From: Camelus dromedarius
Taxonomy: Eukaryota
Reading direction: 5' to 3'
Length of the DNA: 64,000 bases
Assembly (NCBI RefSeq): GCF_036321535.1
Contig: NC_087438.1
Coordinates: 3,164,001 to 3,228,000 of the forward strand
The notes under the pieces were generated by a model. That model searched no databases and was not told the DNA's origin. It saw nothing but the letters and a program-made list of their open reading frames with translations. How positions within the stretch are numbered: position 1 is the stretch's first letter; each line of letters begins with the position of its first letter. This document shows, piece by piece, positions 37,966-51,619 of this stretch. A program made the translations under genes and the position numbers.

Positions 37966-38739
37966 GGTCTTTTATATACTGCATTATACGAATGTTGCAT
38001 GTGATGGATGCTCATTTTTGTTTGCTGTAGGCATTGAAACGGTCTTTTCTTGTGTAAATTCTTCATAGTTCTCCATCACCTTCAGGAAAATTTATAATCC
38101 CATCTTCACGACATAAAAGGTGAGCCTCATCCATGTTACTCCCACTATTTTGTAGCGATCCTGAGCGGGAAGACACATTCTCTTACACCTCCATGGTTTG
38201 CACAAGCTATCTGCCTACATGAAACAATCTGTCCCATTTGACCTCTTCTAAGGCTCAGGTCAGATGAAATGTTTTCAACAAGGATAAAACCAAGCTTGAC
38301 AGAGCTACAACTCCTTTGCAAGATCAGGCAAAACCTTCTCCCTCTTCCTGAAAGTCCCCAGCACACAAGTCATCCTTTCTCTCCCGAGTTTCTGCACCTA
38401 CACAGGGTGCTGTTGTTCTCTCTATTTCAAAGGGGGGAAATGATAACAGGGTTCCTCCAGCTTCCTCTTCCCCAGCATGCAGTACATTTAACAACTCTGC
38501 TAAAGATCTGGAGTCTGAATGTTAGATGAGGTCACGGGAAGGGTCACTTGCAGGACACTTGACTTTTTCCATCTTCCTGGCTGGAGTCACGTTCATGCCT
38601 TTCGTTTGCCACGTCTCCCATGGGACTTGGCTGCCAAAAGCAGTGTCTCTCTTGATCTCATCTTGACAAGAATATTTCTTCGAAAGAAATTTCTTTGCAA
38701 AAAAAAAAAAGTAGTGATACTATGTTGTTCATCTTATTG

Positions 38740-38862
38740 TTCATGCATGTTTACTCTAAGGAAACAAAGTTCCTTAAGGAAATTGGGCATATCTTATGTC
38801 TTAAAACAGAGTGTAGTGACCGGCATATATTAAATGATCAATCAATACTTATTGACTGACTT
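38740..38862 (+). mobile_element. L2 3' end fragment
   Basis: 'gtagtgaccggcatatattaaatgatcaatcaatacttattgactgact' resembles the L2 terminus. Confidence 0.5.
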
Positions 38863-40399
38863 CATAAATAGATCTTTTCTGTGAATTAATTACCTCTGTT
38901 ATGCAAGTATAACCCTTAATTTTCTCTGTATTCTTTTATAATTGTCTCATGCATGTTTGTGGATCCATTAGAAATGTGCATGGTTGAAGATATCCCCTAC
39001 TGCGCCCAGCACGTAAAGAGGCAGACAGAGGATAATCAGTAAACACATTATTTTTTAGCAAATAATACAGATAGTTCTTTGAATAACTAGTACATACTTT
39101 ATAAAAGCTAAGATCCAGTAAACTGCCTTTCATTATGACTAGACTGAAGGGAGAGTAATTTTATAAGAGAGAAAAAGCATGAGAAAGAGAGAAAAGAAAA
39201 GAGAGAGATTTAAAAAATAAGGAGAGTGAGAGAGAATTTCTGTTAATGCTAATTTTAATACCAGCTTTTTACTTGAAAACTGTCCTTTTCCCATATTGTT
39301 TTTAAGATGAATTGGGTATTTACGACACAATGCAGTATGCTAGATGCCGTTTCCTCAAGGAGACTGGGCTAGGGGATAATCTTTCTTCTAACAATTTCAG
39401 CTTATTTTATAGGACAGGTATGATAAATACTCAAAATTCTAGTTTAGTTCTCAACCTTAAATTTATTGACACATTCTAAATTGTCCTAAAGTAGGACCTA
39501 GTTTCCCTTTCCCCTTGCCTTTATTGAAGAATAACTTTCAGACAGCCACATGAGTTATAGACAAGTACTGAGATGAAGGCTGGATGTGGTCTACTTAGAA
39601 AAATAGATTTAAAATGGTTTTGTGTGTCCTGTGAGGATGGGAATGATAAAGAAAACCCCTGATTGGAAGATTGTAGGACTAGAGAAAGAAAAGACATTCG
39701 CTCAGGAATAGAGAGATTCCTTTATTTGTTTTCTCATATTTTTAAACCTACTGTGTATATTAAGGTTTTCCTTGGAGACCCTTAACCTGTCAAGATTATA
39801 AATGATTATTGAGCTTGCCTATCAAATATCCGGTGCTGATTGGCTCATCTGAATAAGCACACAGATTTGGAATTGTGGTTGGAACAGACTGTAAACGCAG
39901 ACTCCCCAAACTGCTCTCCCCAGAGCACCGAGGCTCTCCGGCTCATCTCAGCCTGCTCTGATCTGAGCAGCACACTCTGGAAGGGGAGACAGTCTGCTCT
40001 GTGTGCAGGCAGCATAAATCCAGGTTCTCCGTGGCATTCCCTAGCAGCTTGTGTAATTTGATGCATCACATTAAGTTAACTCATGCTTACGGGTCCAGAA
40101 CACCAAATGGCACTCGTGTGGCACTGGGATAGGGTGTCAAAAAGGCAGCTTTCTCTTCTCTGGAGGTCTTAGCGTGCCAATAAGTCAAATGAGTTAGGAC
40201 AGTGTCTCACCTCACTTGCCTGCTTCCGACCATCTTTCCTGTTTGTCACAGCACAGAATCATCCGGTTTGAATGTCTTACATACCAAGCATTTCCCGTGA
40301 TTAACGATTCACGGACATTCATCGCGTCTGTATCTGCGTTTACCTCTGTGTCCACAGTGATATCTGCATCTGCATCTCTCCACGTCATCACCCACGCCA

Positions 40400-41600
40400 T
40401 CTACCCAGCTGCACTAATTATACTGAATTGAGTGAATCCCTCCTCAGTGCACATGTTCAGGAGATTTTATAACTTAGAAGGAAAATTGCCTGCTGGAAAT
40501 AGTGAGAGGAAAAAAAAATAGAGAGAGAGGACACCAGTCCCATTATTTTGGTAAACTTACATTTTCTCAAAGAGGAACCTTCCCCACTTGGCATGGTTTG
40601 TAATCAGCGTCTGTTCACATTTTTCTTTCTCTCAGATTCTCTTTACCTCCCATTTTTATTGATTTGTTTCAATCCTGCGTATGAGTCCATTTAGCTCAAA
40701 ATAGGGCAGACTTGCTGGTATTGGCATTGCATGAAATTACAAGCAGGTGAGAGTTGAACAATTAATGCTTCTTTTTTCTCAGGGGCGGTACGAGCCGTGC
40801 CAATTTAATGCTGTTTAAGCTTATTATCTAACGGCATGCTTGTGCTAGCTTCAGAAACGGCATGACGTGAAGGCCGACTTGGGCTGTGTTCCCTCCGCAG
40901 TAGAATATTCAATTATTTGTTCTGACTCATGTAATTCCCTGTATTCCAAGCTTGTTAATGTCATTACAGCGCTGAAATAAAGTGATTACTCTTAATGAGT
41001 ATTTATCCGATAGGTAATGCAGTTCCTGCTCCCTCTGGCTGACACTGGACGATTATGGATATTTCTCCTCAGCCCTTCCGCCCCCCCCTCCCAAAGGCGC
41101 CATCCCCCATCTCTTGACTCTCCTGTCAGGGACGCAGCATCGCATTGCGGGTGTTCTGTGAAATGCTGTCAGATGATGGGGAAAAATAAAAATCTTTAAA
41201 AATAAAAAAAAAAAAAAAAAGGAAAAGGAAGAATCGCAGCATCCCCCGGCAGAGCTCCAACTAATGACCACTGCTCCCGCTCGCTGGCAGTGATGACAGC
41301 TTGCACTAAATGATAATGGCACGCCTGCTGTTGAGTTTGCCCACTTATGTTATTTCTCTTGACATGGTTCTGGGGAAGGCCTAATTTTTTTGACATTTGA
41401 CCATGCAAATTTGAGTCCTGCTACATTATTCTGCATTTACATCCTCCCAGTGTTGCTGTTTAAAACGTGCCACGAGCCCTAGGAGCTCAGCTCATAAAGG
41501 GCACCGAGTGAAAGAAAGCTAAATACGGATGCAGGAGCAGGCCTAATGAAGGCCCGGCGTGCACGTCGCAGAGACGACCTTCTGGAGACGAGCGAGTGGA
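40400..41600. promoter_or_regulatory. Candidate conserved non-coding/enhancer block
   Basis: No recognisable interspersed repeat; retained CpGs; many TAAT/ATTA motifs; TGACTCA at ~40923; TGACGT at ~40863. Conservation is inferred, not measured. Confidence 0.35.
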
Positions 41601-43292
41601 AGATCCTTTCTTAGAGCAAACGGTAAAGAATGTAACACCTATTTTTCTCCCAAGAATATTTTGAAAGATTTTTAAATACGCACCAGTGGGAGAGAAAAGA
41701 GACCCCATTATATTTCACTTGGGAATTGCTTCTACCCAGCTTATCAGTTTGTGTATTACTAACCCATCTCAAGGTGGTGTTGGCCTCTCGAACTCTGAAA
41801 CTCATGATTCTGCAGGAAGCTTCCTTGACTGCCAAACCCAGGGACAACACACTGTCCCTAGATTTACTAAGCAATTTCCCATCATCAAATGCCATTCCTG
41901 TCAGATCTAAGAAAATCCTTCCACAGCATGGATTTCCGTGGGTTTGGGAGCAAATCGTACTTCAGACTGTACTGTCTTTTGCTCCAGTCAAGAATGACAG
42001 GAACTGTGCTAAACTGATGTAAGAACTACTAAAAATAAACACCTAACCCTAATAATGATAAAAGAAAAGTATTCACAGGTTGCTATGTCCCTCATCATTA
42101 ACACTAGTATTTCACAAAAACGTCCTTACAGTCTATGATGTTAGCTGGAAGAAAAACATCCAGTGCTTATGAATCACCCATCTTTATATTTGCATTTAAT
42201 AATAGTTGAGTTCACTAAATTGGAATTTCTTCGTACATTTTGAAGTGCTTTATTGTCCCTAGGCTCTCTTGTGGTTAAATGTGATTAAGTCAACCATGCA
42301 AGAAAGAGCCGTCCTTGGGCTTTAGGCATGGTAAGCCCTAAGACTATTCCAGAAAACCCTCTTTGTGATTATTTACCAGTCGTCCCTTTTGTCTTTCCTC
42401 CCTTCCTCTCTCCCTCTCTTTCAACCTCCTGTCTGTTCTCCCTTCCTTTTTGTTCCCTTTTTATCTCTCCTCTTTTCTGTTAGTTCTAAGCACTCACTGT
42501 GTTTTTAAGCCACCACTCTATCAGTTATCTGTCAATCATCTGTCCATCGATCTCTCTATCTAGTCACAAGCTGGATGCCGAGGAGTTTACAAATATGAGT
42601 AAGACAGTAAGATGGAATCCTGGTAATGGGAATCTTGCAATGGGAAGGGGTGAAGAGGCCAGTATAGTAAGAGAGAAAGGTACTTTGCTTTTGCAAAAAT
42701 ACTCCCATCACCAGGAGGTTAAGTCACCTACTTGAGGTCAAAGTCCGAAAACGTACCTGTCAACTTGATTTCTATGAAAGAGAGATCTTCCTCAGAGGCC
42801 TCAGAAGTGTGTGTGCACACACGTCTAGTTCTGTGCCTGAACGGTCAGTGCTGCTGGACAGCGGCGTTACTAACCCCATTTTCTCCTTGCTGTGGTCTGC
42901 TGGCAAGCACCAGCTCAGAGGCTGGATCCGAACCCGCGGCAGCCACCTTGCGCTCCGTTTTCTCCTGTCCTTGGGAGACAATCAGGCAGCGTGACATCCA
43001 CTAGGAGGTTATTCCCACACGTGTACCAACAACAGTCACAGATGCAGAAACAGCGTGTCGCTTCTGAGATGTGGAACTAAGTGTGGACCAGGCATAGAGT
43101 CCTGACTCAAGCGGGGTGGGGAACAGTGCTTCTGAGATGTCTTCCTATCGCTTTCGGAGTCATGGAGGCTCCGTGAAAGAGGTCATCATACATTTTCCTT
43201 ATTCACAAAAAAATATGAAGCAGCATTTAGACATTTTAGCTTTAAATATGAACTTTGTATTTAATTTAATGTTTTTTAAAATAATAGTTAAT

Positions 43293-44212
43293 ATTGTCAC
43301 TTTTTTTTCTCTGTGAGCTACCACAAGATCTTGTATATATTTCCCTGTGCTATACAGTATAATCTTGTTTATCTATTCTGCATATGCTTGTCAGTATCTA
43401 CAAATTTTGAAATCCCAGTCTGTCCCTTCCCACCCCCGCACCCTTGGCAACAACAAGTTTGTATTCTATGTCTACGAGTCTGTTTCTGTTTTGTATTTAT
43501 GTTGTGTTTTTTTTTTAAGATTTCACATGTGAGCGATCTCATATGATATTTTTCTTTCACCTTCTGGCTTACTTCACTTAGAATGATATTCTCCAGGGAC
43601 ATCCATGTTGCTGCAAATGGCGTTATGTTGCCATTTTTATGGCTGAATAGTATTCCATTGTGTAAATATACCACCTCTTCTTTATCTAGTCATCTGCTGA
43701 TAGACATTTAGGCTGTTTCCATGTCTTGGCTATTGTGAATAGTGCTGCTATGAACATTGGGGTGCAGGTGTCTTTTTGAAGTAGGGTTCCTTCTGGATAT
43801 ACGTCCAGGAGTAGGATTCCTGGGTCATATGGTAAGTCTATTCCTAGTCTTTTGAGGAATCTCCATACTGTCTTCCACAGTGTCTGCACTAACCTGCATT
43901 CGCACCAGCAGTGTAGGAGGGTTCCCTTTTCTTCACAGCCTCTCCAGCATTTGTCATTTGTGGACTTTTGAATGATGGCCATTCTGACTGGTGTGAGGTG
44001 ATACCTCATAGTAGTTTTGATTTGCATTTCTCTGATAACTAGTGATATTGAGCATTTTTTCATGTGCCTATTGATCATTTGTATTTCTTCTTTGGAAAAC
44101 CAAAGTGACTATGAATATATGTATGTTCATGTGTAACTGAAAAATTGTGCTCTACACTGGAATTTGACACAACATTATAAAGTGACTATAACTCAATAAA
44201 AAAAAGTTAAAA
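43293..44212 (+). mobile_element. Young camelid LINE-1 with 5' inversion (twin priming)
   Basis: Inverted (minus) segment ~43293-44097 encodes the ORF2 C-terminus (ORF 43686..44078 '[30 protein letters not shown]...KCWRGC...HCW'). The sense tail at 44099-44205 ends in AATAAA/polyA. Approximate TSD AATAGT(T/A)AATA at 43283 and 44213. Confidence 0.92.
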
Positions 44213-44459
44213 AATAGTAAATAAATAAAAGACAATTTATTAAGAAGGCTTGTTTTTTCCAACAAAATGAATAAAAGAAGGTCAAAACCTGATTTTCCAT
44301 TCTGGTGAAGGTGCATAAGGTGGCCTTGCTCGCACAGCACTTAGTACGTAGTCGTTTGGGAGATCAATTGGAAATGTATCAAAATTTCGCTTTCATCTCC
44401 CATTCCCACCACTCTTAGTTCTGATAAAGCTAAATGGATTATGTTTGTACTCCATAAAG

Positions 44460-44577
44460 AAGAAAGGAAGGAAGGGAGGAAAGAAGGAAGGAAGGAAGGA
44501 AGGAAGGAAGGAAGGAAGGAAGGAAGGAAGGAAGGAAGGAAGGAAGGAAGGAAGGAAGGAAGGAAGGAAGGAAGGAA
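44460..44577. repeat. (GGAA)n microsatellite
   Basis: More than 20 consecutive GGAA units. Confidence 0.97.
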
Positions 44578-44669
44578 AAAAGATATGTGAGAGAAAGTCC
44601 CAGGGGCAGCTAATTATGTTCTGGCTGTTAAGCAAGATCTCTGCCATGGTGACACTTGAGCTGTGTCTT

Positions 44670-44872
44670 GTGTGATCTGAAAAGGAAGCAGCCTTGTCAG
44701 GACCTGTAGTGGGGCTTTCCAGCTGGAGGAATAGCAAACGCAAAGGCTGGTGATAAGAACAAAAGAGATGCTGGTATGACCAGAACCTGGTGAACAAGAG
44801 TTATACAACAGGACATGAAAGGGGCAGGCAGGAGCTGTGGTGAGGAGTTTAGATTCAACTCTAAGGGCAACA
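44670..44872 (-). mobile_element. L2 fragment
   Basis: 'ttccagctggaggaatagcaaacgcaaaggc...gtgaggagtttagattcaactctaagggcaa'. Confidence 0.5.
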
Positions 44873-44874
44873 GG

Positions 44875-45240
44875 ACCTAAACAACAGAAATGTGTTTTTT
44901 CTCACAGTTTTGAAGCCTAGAAGTCCAAGATCCGGGCTCCGGATGATTTGGTTTCTGGTGAGAACTCTCTTCCCGGCTTACAGGTAACTCCCTTCTCCCT
45001 GTGTCCTCACATGGCCTTTCTCAGTGGGTAGAAAAGACAGAAACAGAGACAGAGAGCTTCCGGTGTCTCTTCTTATAAGGACAGTAATCCTATCAGGACT
45101 CCTTACTTATCTCCTCATTTAACCTTAACTACTTCCTCAGAGAATCTAGCTCCAAATACAGGCACACTGGAGGTGAAGACTTCAACCTTCAAGTTTGTTG
45201 GCAGGGTGGCAGGAGCAGGGACACCATTCAGTCCATAGCA
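44875..45240 (-). mobile_element. MaLR LTR (MLT1A-like)
   Basis: 'taaacaacagaaat...ctcacagttttgaagcctagaagtccaagatc...ctcttcttataaggac...ggacaccattcagtccatagca'. Confidence 0.88.
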
Positions 45241-45599
45241 GCAAGTTTTCCATTCTTCATTCACTCAAAAATGTTATCAACCATCCATAATCATTGTCTG
45301 CAATCAATACTGTAAATAGTATTATAAAATAATTTTTAATTATGTTATTTTGCATATTTATGAGCTGGAAATTCTTAAAGAACACTTCATGTTAAAGATA
45401 GCATTGGTTTTAAGGAGAGATAAAGTTGCTCTGCAGGTAGAAGCTGCATGTAAACAAGAGGGGGCAATGCTGGCTTTTCCACCCTCAGCATCCCATTCCT
45501 GTCATAAGTGTTCCCGTGTCACAGCCGAGTCAGTCAGGCCGATGACTAGCTTTCCTTCTGGTGATATCCTGGCCCCCTCCATGCTTCCATCTGAACCAT

Positions 45600-45858
45600 T
45601 TTCACTCAGCCTGAGGGTCTTCCTTTAGAACCTCCAACAGTGCAGGTATGCTGGAGGAGGTGTGTGTCTGAGACATTTACCTTGCTATTCAGTTCTGAAG
45701 GAAGTCTGCTGGGTATAGAATAATAGGTCGGTAGATTTCTGCTTCTTTTCCTTCACTGTTTTAAAGATGTTATTCCCTTGTCTTCTGGATTCTATTGTTT
45801 CTGTTCAGAAGTAAGCTGTCATTCTTATTCTTTAGTTGAAGGATATGTGTTTTTTATA

Positions 45859-45895
<37 letters not shown>

Positions 45896-47800
45896 CCTAC
45901 TTATCTGTTCATCTCTGAATTTCATGTTTAACTTTTATATGCTTAGATTTACTTTCTATTCATTCAGCTTAGGTTCACTGAACTTCTTGCCTCTGTGGGT
46001 TGATATCTTTCAGATGATTTAGAAATTGTTAAATGTTTTAGGTGTCCTTGTTTTCAAATGGTGCTTGCTTTGCATTCTCGTCCTTCTCTCTGAGAACCTA
46101 AATACACATTGGCTAGGCTTATTCATAGCCCACATTTCTTTTATGTTTCCTACTTTCAGTTAATTTTTGTATCTGCAATTTAATTTGAATATTTTCTATT
46201 GAATTATCTACAAGTATACTAACCTGTCTTTTACTGAGTCCTGTGTATTCTGCAGCCACCAATGAGTTATTAATTTAGTTATGTATTTTGTACTAAAAAA
46301 TGTTTGTTAATTTTTACTTATAGTTGTTTAACCATTTTTTTCTCGTTCAAAGATTTGGACTTCAAACTTATTTCACCTAAGGTAGTTTGTTATTCATGCT
46401 GACACTATTCCTTTCTTCTGTTTGACATTTTTTTACCCAACTTGTTCCAAATTTTTTTTTTCCTTCTTCCTCTCCCTCATCCTCCTTCTCTTCCTCCTCT
46501 GCCACACCCACCTCTTCCTCCTTCTTCTTCTTCCTCTTCCTCTGTTTGGAGGTAGGGTATGCTTATGTGTGCTAATTTAGCTGGATTTTTAAGGTCCAAA
46601 ATGGCAATCTATATAATTTTATAAGAATATAACATTTGCATTTTATCTTGCTTATTTAGTTTAATTTCTGACATCTATTTGGTTTGTTTCTTTCTTTTCT
46701 AATCTTTTCCCATTTTTCTTTCCCATTTTTTTTTCCAGCAGTTTTTGGATTCTCTTCCATCCTTCTTTTCCCTCCCCCGTACATTAATTGGGAAATTCAA
46801 TTATGATTTTCTTCTCTGAATAACCCACGCCTCTAAGAATAACTATTCTACTGATATTTCTTTTTCATAAAGTATAAAAATAGCAACTACACTTTCACAC
46901 TGAGGTGTTTTTCTTGTCTGCTTACTCTTTATTCTTAGATAAAAACTTTAGTGTTTGTGCTTTTCTCTTCTTTTAGTGTCACAGACATACCGCCTTTGGT
47001 TTTCTGATAATTTACAGTTTAGAATTCTGGGACTGTATCCTTTAATGTTAACAGTCTTTACATATTACTAAAATTACAATCCCAAGTTGCATTCTTATTA
47101 TTAGTTGAGTTATATTTTATACCATGTAACTGCTTTCTTATTATTATTTCCTTCTTATTCAATCTTGCTCTATCTTACTCTTTTCTCTGATTAAATGCTT
47201 TTGGTTAGACTACTTTTTGAAAGAATTTGTTCAACTAGAAAACATGAACATACTACTTTCTGAATCTTTGCATATCTTAAAATATCAAAAATGTTCTTGC
47301 TTCTGAATGATGGCATCATTTGATATAGTATTACTGAAAAACACTCATTTTCTAACAAAAACTACATACAGTCCAAACATATCTAGATTCCACTATAGCA
47401 CACAAAGTGTCTGATAACATTTGGATCCTATTTATTTTTTAAATAAAATATCTATTTAAAAATAATAATAAGGCAAACTTTGGTGTTTTATTTTTTCCAT
47501 TGGAGTGTAGGAAACCCTTTAGGAAATGTACAAATATATTTCTTTATTAATATTTCGTTGTAATTAGAATGACTTCTTAATCGTAGAACGAAAGTTTCTT
47601 TTTTTCAACTCAGGCATTTTATATTGTTATTTTTCCTCCATTTTTAATTTTTTTCTCCTTCCATCCCTAGAACTCCTGGAATATTTTAAATTTTCATTAC
47701 ATGCCCTGCCAGTGTTTCAACTTTATGCTAGTAATTCCAATTCTTTGTAATTTTTGCTTCATTTCATTGATAAATAGTTTTCATTTACTATTACAAAAAA
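45600..47800 (-). mobile_element. Ancient LINE-1 fragments with embedded (TA)n (~45868-45893) and CT-rich (~46460-46545) tracts
   Basis: Antisense L1M text ('gggtatagaataataggtcgg', 'tttaaagatgttattcccttgtcttctgg', 'cactgaacttcttg'); very degenerate. Confidence 0.55.
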
Positions 47801-48199
47801 CATAATTTAGTTATTTCTAGAAAATTGTGTTGCCATCTCATAGACTTCAGAGCAGCCTTGGCTGATGTCAGGACAGGGAGATAGTGCCCACATGTGGCAT
47901 CTCAGGCAGGGTCAGAGCTTACATGTCAGGTGAAAGAGAAGAACGAATAACAAAGTATCAGGTCAAGACTTGGTTACAATCGAGAAGCAAGGCAGGCTTA
48001 GGATGGCTTTCAAATCTCCTTCTAAGTGACATTTCCTCAAATAGGTTATCCTGAGCCTCCAGTCTTTCTTAGGGACATTGCCAACAATTTCACAACACAG
48101 TGTACATCCTTCTGTAGTACTTGCTGTAACAGTTGTTGAAAATGAGTTGTGTGATTGTGGAATAACTTCCAAGTGGACTCAGGCTCTTTGAAATCAAGG

Positions 48200-48300
48200 C
48201 TAGTGTGTGCTGTCCAGCATTGGGTCTCCCATCCCCAAAATAACAGACTCAACATAAATATTTGTTGAATGAAAGGATGAGTGAATAAATGAATGGTTGG
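48200..48300 (+). mobile_element. L2 3' terminus
   Basis: 'cagactcaacataaatatttgttgaatgaaaggatgagtgaataaatgaatg' has the (TGAA)n tail. Confidence 0.6.
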
Positions 48301-51047
48301 ATGACTGTATCCAACATAAGCAGCTTGACTATCCACTTGGGAAGCTTTTTGTTTGGCTGGGAATTGAACTTGCATCCCCCAGATACAGACCTTTCTTTGC
48401 TCTGGACCAAGGCCTGATAGAGACCTCTGACCTCGAAGGAGTCTAATGCCGGTACCTTGACTAGGGTCACTTAGGCAAACGTAGGTCTGAACATTCATTA
48501 ATTCAGGGAAGATCCCAGGTGTGTCTGTTGTTGGTGAAGGAGAGTTGTCACTAGGTGGCTAGCCTGCTACTCCAATGCCTTCATTCTCTCAGCCCCACAG
48601 TGTGAAAAAACTGTTAGGGTGTCACATCCAGCCTGATGAGCAGACAATCTCCCTGACTGTGTTCAAAAGGGACTGGATGCAGCACACCCCACCAAGTAGG
48701 GGGCCGCTCAGGAAAGAGCACACACATCCTCGCTGGAGAAGGACCAGACTCATCACTGATTGCACCACACTGCGCACAACCAGAGCTCAGGTGGTCAGTC
48801 TTTCTCTGTGCAGGCTCAGCAAAGGGCAATAGAGCCATCAGATAGTAGGTTTTAACAAGGCAGGTGAAGTCACATAAGTTTTGCATTCATTTACTCAAGA
48901 ATGAAGTTGGAGACTCTAAAAATGAAATATTTCAGCAGAAATGTACATGAAAAGTTAAGTGAGAAAGAATATTCTATGCACAAAGAAGGGTCAATGCAAA
49001 GATGCAAAGACAGCAAGATGGGATCCTGTTGGTGAGGTCTGAGGAACCACAGGGAGACCAGGCTGGGGGGAGATATGTAACTTATAATGCACCTCTTTAC
49101 TGTTTTGTTTTGTTTTGTTTCTCTACATCTTTGCTAAGCTCCTAGACTTAAGAGACATACAGAGCTCCCTAAAGAAGATTTCTGCTTCTACGGGGACATG
49201 TGGCAGCTGGGATAGTGCTTCACTTCTCTTTTGAATCTTGAAGGTGAAAAGGTGAGCAGAAACTAGCAACTCAGTATTAAACATGGGAGATGTTTATGGC
49301 CCTCTCCCAAAGTAGCGTGGCTCCCCTAAAACCTGCCAGATGTAAATTCACAGGGGCAGGCAGGTCTAGAGTCCCTGAGCTCTTTCTCAGTGTAACAAGG
49401 AGCACATTTTATTTTAATAGGTTTTGATTCATATTCAACCTTTGTTTAGTCCAGGACTGATCATGAAGTTGCTTGCACCATCAAATCAGCCTTTGCATAA
49501 GACTGAGAACCACAAAGCGCGAGAAAGGCCGAAAGGAGGGGATGTCTAATAACCCCATAAAGAAACTTTGATAAGGGCACAACATCCATCAAGCTGTCAC
49601 CAATCTTACGGTTAACACAGAGTTTGAAAATGTCTTCAATAAAATTTGAAATAAAAAATGTGGTTCTCAGAACACATTTCAACACATCAACATTCTTCAG
49701 GATTTCATCAGTGGTTATTACTACTGTGTCTGCAACAGGGAAATCTGCTTAAGAATGTGCCACCACAGTGAATTCCAAGAAGTTCTGAAGACTTAGTGTG
49801 GCAGAAACTGGTCTGATGAAAGATTTTAGGTATGTGCTAATGTCAGAGGAAGTATCGGTACAATAAAATAAATAGCTAATTATGTATTTTTACAAATTAC
49901 TCGTATGATAGTAGTGCAGTTTATTATACAAATCATATTAAACAATAATATTGAGAGAGATGAAGTCCAGGTGGTCAGCAGCCACTGAGAGTGGAATCAG
50001 TTTGATGAAAAAATGGGCAGTAGAATTTCTGAGAAAATCAGAAAAAAAAAATGTCTGAATCAGTTCAGGATTTAAGTTAAAAGGTGGAAAAATAACCACA
50101 TATAACAACATAATTCCAGAAAAATTACTGGACTGATCTCAGAAACTTAACAATTAGGCTAAGTCTTCACTATTCAATAGTTGCAAGTTGATCAAGAATA
50201 ATAGATGTGAGGGCTCTTATTTACATCACAGTGCTCAGCAAAGACTGAGCACACATTTTGTCCCCAACGATGTACCTGTTCCGCCAATGGTATTGGTTCT
50301 GGAGTTGCTGGGCTGCAGGGTGTTGGAGATCTACGACCTTGTGCCCCTGATAGCTCTCCTTGAAACGTATCTTTGAATCAGGACACATACAGCGATTCAC
50401 AGGTTGTAGACTCAAGGGGTTTAATCAGAAACTACAAGAGGTGAGGCGTGAATGTTAATTGGGGGACTTCTTCTGGCCAGTTTGAAGAGCAGAGCTCTGC
50501 TGTGGCCTGCAGAAGAGGTAGGTATAAAACAAACTGGTGACAAACAGCACTGTTCTAAAACCACGGAGTCAGTGACTAAAACCTCCAGCCAATGAAAAAA
50601 ACTCCTCTTGGACAGCAGATCATATTGGATTTTCAATCCATACATAAACTGGACAGACCACCAAGTGGTCAAGGAACATTGTATTCATGCTGAGATGATT
50701 CAGAGCCCAAAGAAGCCTTTAGGAGGTGGGGAATCTCACTTTTGGCAAGTTTGATAACAGACCACACTTGAACACTGTGACGAGAGAAATGTAAGTGGAC
50801 CAGATCAATTCTGACACACTTCATGTCAGGAAGGTTCGACTGAGGGTTGACTGGAACAACTGGAAGATATAAGAGGAAAAAATGTCTCAGAAAAGATAGA
50901 AGAGACTGACTCCATATAGCGTAAATTTATGAACCCACATCCGTAAAGTGCTCAATACCAGGTCACAGGCTGGGTTTTGGACACCAAAGCTGTGCGTTGG
51001 CCTAATTCATAGAGCAAATCTCTCAACATCTTACAAAATCCCAGGTA

Positions 51048-51610
51048 TTTTTAAATAGCTGTATTGAGATAAAATTCACATACTGTACAAGTCACCCACT
51101 TAAAATATATAATTCAATGGTTTTTAGTGTATTCACAAAATCGGTGACCATCACCAGAATAGGTCTCCTTTACTGAACATTATACTGTCAAGTTTCACCC
51201 ATAGTGTAGCTGTATCTGTATGTCAATATTTTTGCTGTCAGATGAAATTGCATTGTACGCATATACCACTTCTGTTTATCCACTCACCGGGTGATAGACA
51301 CTTGGGTTGTTTCCATTGTCAGATAATTTAATACTGCTAACTCTGTTTAAGTACAAGTTTCCTGTGTACATATGTTGTTATCTCTCGAGTAAATCCTGGA
51401 AGTCAAATTCCTGGATCATACGTTAACTCCATGAGTAAGATTTTAAGGAACTACCAAATTGTTTTAATAAGTGGCTCCACTCTTCTGTATTCTCACAATT
51501 TAATTCTGGGGGTTATTATCTCTTCATCTCCTCACCAACACATGTTACTGTCTTTTTCATCATATTCATCAGAGTGAGAATTTCACTGTGATTTTGCTTT
51601 TCATGACCAT
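51048..51610 (-). mobile_element. LINE-1 (L1MB/ME-like) 3' end
   Basis: 'atagctgtattgagataaaattcacatactgtacaagtcacccacttaaaatatataattcaatggtttttagtgtattcaca'. Confidence 0.85.
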
Positions 51611-51619
51611 TTATTGAGA

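Noticed and set aside
43686..44078. 130-aa ORF as a host gene
   Set aside because: It is the LINE-1 ORF2 C-terminal region within an inverted, truncated insertion.
44393..44797. ORFs with PSFL/KEGR repeats (and the VC/TH-repeat ORFs at 14924-15353)
   Set aside because: Translations of microsatellites.
50188..50431. Possible coding exon (ORFs 50188+ and 50221-; minus-strand acceptor ctcttgTAG near 50432)
   Set aside because: No recognisable protein. The long minus frame has a stop just after the acceptor, and the other open frame gives only 17 aa (FLIKPLESTTCESLYVS*).
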